This document shows, piece by piece, positions 9,355 to 15,759 of a DNA stretch of 41,334 bases. A program made the translations under genes and the position numbers. The notes beneath the pieces are model-generated. The model saw nothing but the letters and a program-made list of their open reading frames with translations. It did not search any database and was not told the DNA's origin. The stretch lies in the IMG/VR virus record IMGVR_UViG_3300045988_110748. One strand, given 5' to 3'. How positions within the stretch are numbered: the stretch's first letter is position 1; the number at the start of each line of letters is the position of its first letter. This stretch comes from a virus.

Positions 9355-9594
9355 GTGGTGGACAAAAACATTTTGCAGACCCTATCCCGCGCGGAGTGGG
9401 AAGGGATAATCTATCAGCGGATTTTTAGTGAGCGCGACCGCTGGCTTGTGGCGCGGCACCTGCTGGATGGCGTGCCGTATGACCGCTTGACGGCGGAGTA
9501 TCAGGCGCGGTACACCGATGCGCCGTTAGAGTATGACCAAATTCGCCGCCGATACAAGGCGGCAGAGAGAACCCTTATAAAATATGCCCCCTGA
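9355..9594 (+). CDS. Hypothetical sigma-70 region-4/HTH-like small protein
   Basis: SERDRWLVARHLLDGVPYDRLTAEY...IRRRYKAAERTL resembles region-4-like phage regulators. The start is GTG and the RBS is weak, so the start is uncertain. Confidence 0.45.
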   Translation: MVDKNILQTLSRAEWEGIIYQRIFSERDRWLVARHLLDGVPYDRLTAEYQARYTDAPLEYDQIRRRYKAAERTLIKYAP

Positions 9595-9614
9595 TGGGGG
9601 CTTTTTATTTTTTT
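9586..9614 (+). terminator. Rho-independent terminator
   Basis: GCCCCC-tgat-GGGGGC hairpin followed by a TTTTTATTTTTTT run. The stop codon of the upstream gene lies in the loop. Confidence 0.7.
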
Positions 9615-9622
9615 GGGGGGGC

Positions 9623-9651
9623 TTGACATATGCCTGATGCTGTGGTATTTT
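9623..9651 (+). promoter_or_regulatory. SigA-type promoter with extended -10
   Basis: TTGACA (9623-9628), a 17-nt spacer, then TGgTATTTT (9643-9651). It points into the non-coding repeat unit. Confidence 0.55.
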
Positions 9652-9654
9652 AAT

Positions 9655-9748
9655 AGTGCCATCCGGCAACGGATGAGGATTGAAATATTTGATTTTTCGT
9701 TTTTGCGTCTGGGACGCATGCCACCCGCTTACGGGTGTGGATTGAAAC
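9655..9748 (+). CRISPR. Mini CRISPR-like unit: two type I-C-like repeats flanking one 30-32 nt spacer
   Basis: R1 is TGCCATCCGGCAACGGATGAGGATTGAAAT (9657-9686). R2 is TGCCACCCGCTTACGGGTGTGGATTGAAAC (9719-9748). The period is 62 nt. The stem differences are compensatory. The 3' ends match the GGATTGAAAC/T handle. Confidence 0.6.
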
Positions 9749-9771
9749 ATCTACTTTTAGGTTTTCAAGCC

Positions 9772-9809
9772 GAAAGAAAAAGATGCACCGCCGTGCATCT
9801 TTTTTCTTT
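9772..9809. terminator. Bidirectional rho-independent terminator
   Basis: AGATGCAC-cgcc-GTGCATCT stem (9781-9800), flanked by GAAAGAAAA upstream and TTTTTCTTTC downstream. It closes the + strand repeat unit and the - strand gene that ends at 9816. Confidence 0.75.
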
Positions 9810-9815
9810 CCCCTG

Positions 9816-10109
9816 CTATTCCACCCATCCCCAAAGATTTATCCAGTTTTTGGGGCAAATTATCCGGTACATATAGGGCGGATTCCTCCAGTTGAGCCAG
9901 TCGAATATCCAGGCATCACCCCATTCATTATCAGCCGCCAGTGCATCCAGCTCTGGTATCCGCTCATCTGATACGCAGTACACCCCGTAGCCCTCATCCG
10001 TGATGTAGTGACGCAAAAACTCCATGTGATACTTTTCGGCTAAGGCCATCAGCGTGGCCTTGGTTCTCGGCATTCTCGCTTCCATTTTTTCTCTCATTTG
10101 GGGCGGCAT
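9816..10109 (-). CDS. Hypothetical Trp-rich protein (start may be an internal Met)
   Basis: Second gene of the leftward operon driven by the promoter at 10466-10494. No family was recognised. Confidence 0.55.
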   Translation of the reverse strand: MPPQMREKMEARMPRTKATLMALAEKYHMEFLRHYITDEGYGVYCVSDERIPELDALAADNEWGDAWIFDWLNWRNPPYMYRIICPKNWINLWGWVE

Positions 10110-10132
10110 TGCCGCCCCTTGTCCTCTGCGTC

Positions 10133-10417
10133 TTAGCGGTTCAGCGTTTCGGCGGCGTGCTTGGCTACTGCCGCGTCATAAGCGGATTCGCAGTCCTCAA
10201 AGCTATCAAAGTCTATATCCAGCTCAAAGCACAGCGCCTCGACAAGATTCGGTTCCCACTCGGCATCGTCGTCTATGGCCGCTATAAGCTCATCTGCCGT
10301 AGCCGCGCGGACTTCGCTGCGGGGGAAGTCTTTTTCCGCTACCCGCCACATGGGGATAAAATCTTCGCCATATTGCTCATAAGTCTCGGTGCCTTCAATC
10401 GCTTTGTAAACCTTCAT
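10133..10417 (-). CDS. Hypothetical strongly acidic small protein (94 aa)
   Basis: RBS GAGGGAG before the ATG. It lies directly downstream of a consensus promoter. The sequence is D/E-rich (AAIDDDAEWEPN, ELDIDFDSFEDCE). Confidence 0.65.
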   Translation of the reverse strand: MKVYKAIEGTETYEQYGEDFIPMWRVAEKDFPRSEVRAATADELIAAIDDDAEWEPNLVEALCFELDIDFDSFEDCESAYDAAVAKHAAETLNR

Positions 10418-10465
10418 TTTTAACTCCCTCTGGGGCTTTTGCCCCTTGCTTTATCTTATGGCTAT

Positions 10466-10511
10466 ATTATACAGCAGATTTTATACTTTGTCAAGCGTTT
10501 TGCCTGACAAA
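10466..10511 (-). promoter_or_regulatory. Consensus promoter (copy A) with palindromic operator over the -35
   Basis: On the - strand: TTGACA (10489-10494), 17 nt, TATAAT (10466-10471). The palindrome TTTGTCA-N11-TGACAAA spans 10487-10511. Confidence 0.7.
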
Positions 10512-10529
10512 GTTAAAAATATTTTTGCC

Positions 10530-11009
10530 CTACATATATATGCCGAAAACCTCTGCCAATGTGGCTTTGTGCTTTTCGGGGATTGGCCGCTTCCCGCCTG
10601 TCCAGTCGGATACGGACTGGCGGGTCATGCCGCAAGCAGCGCCGACTTTTTCCAGCGTCAGCCCCTTTTCGCGCATTTTTGCCGCAAGGTATTCGGGGTC
10701 GCTAAGGATGGGCGCGGCCTTACCGCGATAAAAAGCCAAGTCCCACATACATTGCTGCTGCGCGCTTATGACCTTATCACCATCGTCAAAATCTTCGGGC
10801 GCAAGCGGCTGGATCGCGTCGCTTATGGCGCGATCAAGGGGGCGCGTCATCTTGCGGGCGGCCATAAGCCACCGCATGGACAGCGCGAAACCGTGTGCCG
10901 GACGGCGTTGCGCCTCCGCGAATAACGCTGGCTCGCTAAACTTATCGGGGCTGATGTGCCACATCAGCCCGTAGATGTACCCAAGTGTTTTTACTGCTTC
11001 ATCTCGCAT
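10530..11009 (-). CDS. HTH (XRE-like) DNA-binding protein, C-terminal HTH
   Basis: The C-terminal KGLTLEKVGAACGMTRQSVSDWTGGKRPIPEKH is a helix-turn-helix pattern. It is the second gene of the operon from promoter copy B. Confidence 0.7.
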   Translation of the reverse strand: MRDEAVKTLGYIYGLMWHISPDKFSEPALFAEAQRRPAHGFALSMRWLMAARKMTRPLDRAISDAIQPLAPEDFDDGDKVISAQQQCMWDLAFYRGKAAPILSDPEYLAAKMREKGLTLEKVGAACGMTRQSVSDWTGGKRPIPEKHKATLAEVFGIYM

Positions 11010-11025
11010 TTTTTCTCTCCTTTTT

Positions 11026-11634
11026 TTATTTTAATAACATGGGCAGCAGCGCGTCGCGATTTTCCATTATGTACTCCCAGCACTGCCGTATCATAGCGGG
11101 CTGTATGGCTTCCCTGCTGCCGAATACCTCTATTTGCCGCCCGCTGAGTAGCTCTATGCCGACAAGGCATCTCTTGGCGCGGCGCTCCTCCGGCGGCGTT
11201 GTGCCGTAGTCTCGCGCATATATGCCGTAGGCATCCACAAATTCAATTGGGGTTATGTTGGCCAAGCCGGACTCTATGTTATTGATTTCGTATTCGGCGG
11301 GTTCCTTGGCTTCTTCGTTTGGGGTTTCTTCCGTTTTCTCAGTTTCGGGTTCTTCGGTTTCGGTGCGGGGGACGTAGACCACGATGGTCTTTGTTTCTTT
11401 GTTGTAGCTGCCGCGCTCGGTCTTGCATTCGCCATAGTTTTCTTTGTATTCGCGGTAGGACATTTCTACGGCTTCGCAACCTTCGGCGTTCTCGGCGTTT
11501 ATGTGGGCTTCGTAGCAATCGGGGCAGTCGCCGTAAGTCTCATACCACTTGATTTTGCGTTCGCGTTGTTCGGTCGTACCAAACAGCTCTATCGTAGCAG
11601 TGTGGCCGCAGGAAAATGTTACATCGTACTTCAT
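11026..11634 (-). CDS. Hypothetical protein with N-terminal Cys/His cluster and acidic linker
   Basis: 202 aa with RBS GAAGGGAG. It contains SCGH...CPDCYEAH and a Glu/Thr/Pro-rich linker. No family was recognised. Confidence 0.7.
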   Translation of the reverse strand: MKYDVTFSCGHTATIELFGTTEQRERKIKWYETYGDCPDCYEAHINAENAEGCEAVEMSYREYKENYGECKTERGSYNKETKTIVVYVPRTETEEPETEKTEETPNEEAKEPAEYEINNIESGLANITPIEFVDAYGIYARDYGTTPPEERRAKRCLVGIELLSGRQIEVFGSREAIQPAMIRQCWEYIMENRDALLPMLLK

Positions 11635-11684
11635 AATTTCTAACTCCCTTCGGGCTTGTCGCCCTTGCTTTATCTTATGATCAT

Positions 11685-11730
11685 ATTATACATCGGCCTG
11701 CTCTATTTGTCAAGCGTTTTGCTTGACAAA
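11685..11730 (-). promoter_or_regulatory. Consensus promoter (copy B) with palindromic operator over the -35
   Basis: On the - strand: TTGACA (11708-11713), 17 nt, TATAAT (11685-11690). The palindrome TTTGTCA-N11-TGACAAA spans 11706-11730. It is a near-duplicate of 10418-10530. Confidence 0.7.
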
Positions 11731-11772
11731 ATTAAAAATATTTTTGCCCGCTAAATGCCCTATAAAATCCCT

Positions 11773-11803
11773 CCCCGCGCCCTGAGCGCGGGGCATATTT
11801 TTT
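11773..11803 (+). terminator. GC hairpin + T-run (terminator/insulator or leader structure) upstream of cargo operon
   Basis: CCCCGCGC-cctga-GCGCGGGG followed by CATATTTTTT. Confidence 0.5.
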
Positions 11804-11833
11804 GCGAAAATAAGGCATAAGGAGGCGATAAAA

Positions 11834-12271
11834 ATGTGGAATCCCAATCCCTTTTTTGGCGGCTATCAGCAGCCCCAACAGTATCAGCAGCCCGTGCGCG
11901 CCCAAGTCCCCCAAGTCAATGGCGAGGGCGGAGCCAAGGCGTACAGCCTTGCGCCTAATAGCAGCATCCTGCTGCTGGACACCACCGCGCCCATAGTCTG
12001 GCACAAGTGTACCGACAGCGCGGGGTATCCTACACTGACCCCGTACACCATCACACCGTATCAGCCCGCACCGCCGGTGGACATAAATGACCTTGCGGCG
12101 AGAATATCAAAATTGGAGGACAAATTAAATGCCGAATCCCATACTGCAAGCAATGAAAGCTGGAAGCCAGCAGACCCCGCAAATATCCCCGCAGCTAATC
12201 GCCCAGGCCAAAAGCATGATGGGGATGCCCGCGCAAATGCAGCAGGTAATGCGGATGCTCGGCGGGCGTGA
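11834..12271 (+). CDS. Hypothetical Gln/Pro-rich protein
   Basis: RBS AAGGAGG. The N-terminus is MWNPNPFFGGYQQPQQYQQP, followed by a folded-looking core and a coiled-coil segment (LAARISKLEDKL). The last ~47 codons overlap the next gene and look out-of-frame-like. Confidence 0.5.
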   Translation: MWNPNPFFGGYQQPQQYQQPVRAQVPQVNGEGGAKAYSLAPNSSILLLDTTAPIVWHKCTDSAGYPTLTPYTITPYQPAPPVDINDLAARISKLEDKLNAESHTASNESWKPADPANIPAANRPGQKHDGDARANAAGNADARRA

Positions 12272-12347
12272 CCCCCAGCAGATGTTTTACAGCCTGTGCC
12301 AGCAAAAAGGCATAGACCCTGAAAGCATCTTATCACAGATACGATAA
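12129..12347 (+). CDS. Hypothetical Gln/Met-rich helical protein (72 aa)
   Basis: RBS GGAGGA lies 8 nt upstream of the ATG. An in-frame TAA sits immediately before the start. The sequence has protein-like composition. Confidence 0.6.
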   Translation: MPNPILQAMKAGSQQTPQISPQLIAQAKSMMGMPAQMQQVMRMLGGRDPQQMFYSLCQQKGIDPESILSQIR

Positions 12348-12399
12348 ATCACGCGCGATTTATATACCAAAAAATTAAATTTGTGAAGGAGAAAAGACA

Positions 12400-13026
12400 A
12401 TGGATAATGTACCCTCTTTGGCGGATATCGCCGCCGTGACAGACAAAAATGACGGCCTTGGCGGCAGCATGGGCGGAGGATTCTGGATCTTCGCGTTAAT
12501 CGTTCTCCTCGCCATGATGGGCGGAGGCTTTGGCGGCTGGGGCAATCGCGGCAACGGTGACTACGGCCAGTACGCGACCGCAGCGGCGCAACAGGAAATC
12601 CTTTTCGGCCAGCATTTTGGCCAGCTTAATGACCGCTTGACCAACATTGGCAACGGCGTATGCAGCCTTGGCTACGACATGCAGGGCAATATCGGCCAGT
12701 TGGGCAAAGAGATGGCCTTGGCGCAGAACGGCACGAATATGACCATAATGCAATCCGCGAACGGCATACAGTCCCAGATGGCGGAGTGCTGCTGCGCCGT
12801 GCAGCGCGGCATGGATGCCATCAACGCCAATATCGACGCAAAATTCGCGGCTCTTGAAAAGGCACAGCTTGAGCAGCGCATAGCACAGCTTGAGCAGGCC
12901 AATAACCAGCTCTTTGTGCGCGAGCAGCTGACGGGCGTGGTACGCTACCCCAACGGCTACACTTACAACGCCGGGAATAGCCCGTTTTGCGGCTCCGGCT
13001 GCGGCTGCGGCAATAGCTGCTGCTAA
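12400..13026 (+). CDS. Hypothetical membrane protein: Gly-rich N-terminus + TM, coiled coil, Cys-rich C-terminus
   Basis: RBS AAGGAGA. Features are GGSMGGGFWIFALIVLLAMMGGGFGGWGNRGNG, an internal CCC, QLEQRIAQLEQANNQL, and the terminal CGSGCGCGNSCC. Confidence 0.75.
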   Translation: MDNVPSLADIAAVTDKNDGLGGSMGGGFWIFALIVLLAMMGGGFGGWGNRGNGDYGQYATAAAQQEILFGQHFGQLNDRLTNIGNGVCSLGYDMQGNIGQLGKEMALAQNGTNMTIMQSANGIQSQMAECCCAVQRGMDAINANIDAKFAALEKAQLEQRIAQLEQANNQLFVREQLTGVVRYPNGYTYNAGNSPFCGSGCGCGNSCC

Positions 13027-13061
13027 GACATGACACACTATCCGGCATTGCCGTGACTATC

Positions 13062-13089
13062 GGGGCGGCTTAGACCGCCCCTTGATTAT
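13062..13089 (+). terminator. Intra-operon hairpin (weak terminator/attenuator)
   Basis: GGGGCGG-cttaga-CCGCCCC followed by TTGATTAT. Confidence 0.4.
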
Positions 13090-13103
13090 GAAAGGAGAAA
13101 ATT

Positions 13104-13514
13104 ATGGCTTGTAAAAATATTTGCCAACTTTGCCCACGTCTTATCATATCCCAGTCCGTGACATTTGTGGCGGGTACTGGGCTTATTATCAATCTGCCCG
13201 CAGGAGTGTACGCCAACGGCGAGAAGTATTGCATCGTTGTGGCGCAGAGCATACCCGATACCACCACCATATCCGCGCCCGTATATATCACCATCGGCAC
13301 AGGCACGGCACAGTATCCCCTTACCAACCGCTGCTGCGCACAGGTTACCGCGTGCAGCATGCGCAAGCGCACCAAATACAGCACCGTGGTATCCACCACC
13401 CCCACGGGCGGGACGTTTAAGCTGCTCGGCAACCCACCTTGCGCACCGAATAACGACTTGACGGGGCTGACTGGCGGCACGGTCGCCACCGTAGCGGAGG
13501 CGGCTAAAAAATGA
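13104..13514 (+). CDS. Hypothetical Cys-rich beta-type protein (136 aa)
   Basis: RBS AAAGGAGA. The N-terminus is MACKNICQLCP. There is an internal RCCAQVTAC and a C-terminal PPCAP. The segments between are Thr/Val/Ile-rich. Confidence 0.7.
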   Translation: MACKNICQLCPRLIISQSVTFVAGTGLIINLPAGVYANGEKYCIVVAQSIPDTTTISAPVYITIGTGTAQYPLTNRCCAQVTACSMRKRTKYSTVVSTTPTGGTFKLLGNPPCAPNNDLTGLTGGTVATVAEAAKK

Positions 13515-13819
13515 AGCTGATTAACGATTTATCCGACCAGATTTGCGAAGAAATCGCGGACGCTGAAAAGTATGCTAAGTGGGCGCTTACGGTCAAGGAC
13601 GATATGCCAACCGTAGCGCAGACCCTGTACACCATATCGGGGCAGGAGCTTACCCACGCATCCATGCTGCACGACCTTGTAGTCCGCGCCATATCGGACT
13701 ACAAGGCCAAGCATGGCGACCCGCCCGCCGATATGCTGACGCTGTACAAATATTTGCACGGCAAGCAAATTGAAAAGACCGAGTGTGTAAAAAGGTATCA
13801 GGAGATGTATAAGGCGTAA
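13511..13819 (+). CDS. Hypothetical ferritin-like/four-helix-bundle protein
   Basis: ATGA coupling to the upstream gene. It is helical, with EEIADAEKY and QELTH (E...ExxH half-site pattern). Confidence 0.7.
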   Translation: MKLINDLSDQICEEIADAEKYAKWALTVKDDMPTVAQTLYTISGQELTHASMLHDLVVRAISDYKAKHGDPPADMLTLYKYLHGKQIEKTECVKRYQEMYKA

Positions 13820-13836
13820 TCTATTTACATTATCCT

Positions 13837-13860
13837 CTGGCAACTTTCTGGCAACTTTTT
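13837..13860 (+). repeat. Tandem CTGGCAACTTT x2 (attP arm-type site candidate), copy 1
   Basis: CTGGCAACTTTCTGGCAACTTTTT. A near-identical 24-25-mer recurs at 14056-14080. Confidence 0.6.
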
Positions 13861-13978
13861 ATTGCCCGCTTGCGTCAATGCTTGCGTACAAAAATGCCCA
13901 ATTATAGGCACTTTACGCGACAATTGCGTACTTTGGTGGACGAAAAATCCAAGTAGCTGCCGGATACCAAAGAAGAAA

Positions 13979-14007
13979 AGCACTCATAAAAATGGGTGCT
14001 TTTTCTT
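13979..14007. terminator. Bidirectional terminator between cargo operon and integrase
   Basis: AGCACTCA-taaaaa-TGGGTGCT stem with one G-T wobble. It is flanked by an A-rich stretch upstream and TTTTCTT downstream. Confidence 0.65.
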
Positions 14008-14024
14008 AGCAAATTAGGCATTTT

Positions 14025-15167
14025 TTAATCGCCGCCGTTGCCGTGCGCTTTGGGGCTGGCAACTTTGCGGCAACTTTTTTCAAATGCGCCCTGTAACTGT
14101 TCTGCACTGTATTTTTCCTTCTGCGCCGAAAGGTGTGAATATATTTCAAGCGTGATTTTCGCGTTGGCGTGGCCTAAATATCGCTGCGCCGAAAGCACGT
14201 CCACACCCGCGTTATACAGCACGCTGGCGTAATTGTGTCGAAGGTAATGCGGGGTTATAACCGATATCATCCGCCCGCCTTTTTCAATCGCGTCAATCTC
14301 CAGCGCGATATCGTACAGCCGCGCCATCAAATCGTCCCATAGGCGGTATCGCGTCGCATTGCGGTGATATGACCCTGTGGACGACGGTACTACATACGAC
14401 TGCGGCAGACCGCGCACGGGGCGCAGCTTGTCAGCCAGTTCGCGCGGCATGGGTATCGTCCGCACGGACTTATCCGTTTTGGGTGCATCTATTTCCCCCG
14501 TCTTGCCCGCCGCCTGCTGTTCAACGCGAATTGTCCCCGCCTTGAAGTCAACGTGCCGCCATTGCAGGCCGCAAGCCTCACCGTAGCGCATGCCCGTGTA
14601 ATATAGCAGCGCAAGCATTAGCGTGCCGTCCTCGTCCATCAGGCGCAGAACCGCATCCGTCTCCGCGTCCGTCAATGCCCTGCGCGTCTCCTTTGGCTTG
14701 GACGGAATTGTAAGCCCGACAGTGATGTCACGCGGGATAAGCCCCTGACTATACGCCCGCTGAAATACCCCGCGCAGGATTGTAGATATGTTGCCTATTA
14801 TGGCCGCGCACGTGTCGGCCTTGGCGTTCAGCAGCCGCTGTAAATCCTCCGTGGTAATTGCCGTCAGCCGCCGCCCCGCCAACGCGGGGAAGATGTGCTT
14901 ATATAGTGCCGTGCGGTATGACATTTGCGCGGATACGCCTATATGCGGCTGCTTATACACCTCATACCATGTCAGCGCGTATCGGTCAAAAAGTATTCCC
15001 TCCGGCACTGCGTTTGCTCCCGTGACGTACTTTTCCCGCGCCGCCGCCTTAGCCGCTTCCAATTCTTTTTTGGTGCGCCCTGATACATACTTGACTATGC
15101 TTTTCCCGCTTGCGTCCGTGCCTACAGTTATTTTTGCACGGTAGCGCCCATCTTTTTGCTTCGCCAT
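14025..15167 (-). CDS. int: Tyrosine recombinase / phage integrase
   Basis: 380 aa. An N-terminal SAM-like domain is followed by the catalytic pattern TGMRYGEACGL...HYLRHNYASVL...LGHANAKITLEIYSHL (R, H-x-x-R, Y). Confidence 0.95.
   Translation of the reverse strand: MAKQKDGRYRAKITVGTDASGKSIVKYVSGRTKKELEAAKAAAREKYVTGANAVPEGILFDRYALTWYEVYKQPHIGVSAQMSYRTALYKHIFPALAGRRLTAITTEDLQRLLNAKADTCAAIIGNISTILRGVFQRAYSQGLIPRDITVGLTIPSKPKETRRALTDAETDAVLRLMDEDGTLMLALLYYTGMRYGEACGLQWRHVDFKAGTIRVEQQAAGKTGEIDAPKTDKSVRTIPMPRELADKLRPVRGLPQSYVVPSSTGSYHRNATRYRLWDDLMARLYDIALEIDAIEKGGRMISVITPHYLRHNYASVLYNAGVDVLSAQRYLGHANAKITLEIYSHLSAQKEKYSAEQLQGAFEKSCRKVASPKAHGNGGD
14056..14080 (+). repeat. Tandem (C/G)(T/C)GGCAACTTT x2, copy 2 (inside the integrase 3' end)
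   Basis: CTGGCAACTTTGCGGCAACTTTTTT is a direct repeat of 13837-13860, about 219 bp away. Confidence 0.6.
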
Positions 15168-15273
15168 TTCATTGCCCCCTTTGTGATTTTATGATATAAT
15201 AGGGGCGAGCGTAGTTCGGCTATATCTCGCTCCCTTTCCTTTGTACCGTGCGGATTGCAGCCGCACGGAATTT

Positions 15274-15759
15274 TTATGGCCGCCTGAGCCATCCCACGGC
15301 GGGGTTAAGCACATCGTATAAAAAACCCCCTATCAATATCCCGGTTACGCTTACGCTGTACACCACCGCCCACCGAAGCCATTTGCCAAGCTGCTGTATA
15401 CGCCTGTCCTTTTCCGCAAGCAGCAGCCTGACTGCGTTGGTGTACCTCTGTGTAGGCGCTTCGGCCTCCTGCGGCACGGCCCCGTAAATCTCGTCCGCAA
15501 ATTCATGCATTGTCGCGCCTAAGCCTTGGGTAACAAGTATTTCATACGTCGCCATCGGCGTACCTGTTTCGCCCTGCAAAGTGCGTTTGAGCGTGGATAG
15601 CGGGATTTTACTTCTTCGCGCTACGTCCTGAATCGTCACGCCGTGTTTTTCCCGCAGCCTTGCAAAAGCATCGGCATACTTTTGGTTACATTCGGTGATT
15701 GTGTCCACATTTTCGCCCTCTTTCTTCTGTTTTCTATTTCTGATACCCAAAAGGCTCAT
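15274..15759 (-). CDS. XRE-type HTH protein with C-terminal transmembrane segment (immunity/repressor-like)
   Basis: The HTH is HGVTIQDVARRSKIPLSTLKRTLQGE. The C-terminal TM is WAVVYSVSVTGILIGGFLY. The ATG at 15759 lacks an RBS. The GTG at 15708 (after AGAGGG) is an alternative start. Confidence 0.7.
   Translation of the reverse strand: MSLLGIRNRKQKKEGENVDTITECNQKYADAFARLREKHGVTIQDVARRSKIPLSTLKRTLQGETGTPMATYEILVTQGLGATMHEFADEIYGAVPQEAEAPTQRYTNAVRLLLAEKDRRIQQLGKWLRWAVVYSVSVTGILIGGFLYDVLNPAVGWLRRP

Noticed and set aside
9613-9876. 87-aa + strand ORF (and 9735-9971) spanning the repeat unit
   Set aside because: It would read through two hairpin repeats and a strong bidirectional terminator. 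It has no RBS and a nonsense-like composition. The region is better explained as non-coding RNA.
10446-10974. + strand ORFs 10446-10925, 10525-10731 and 10768-10974
   Set aside because: They are antisense to the HTH gene and to promoter copy A. They have shadow-frame composition and no RBS.
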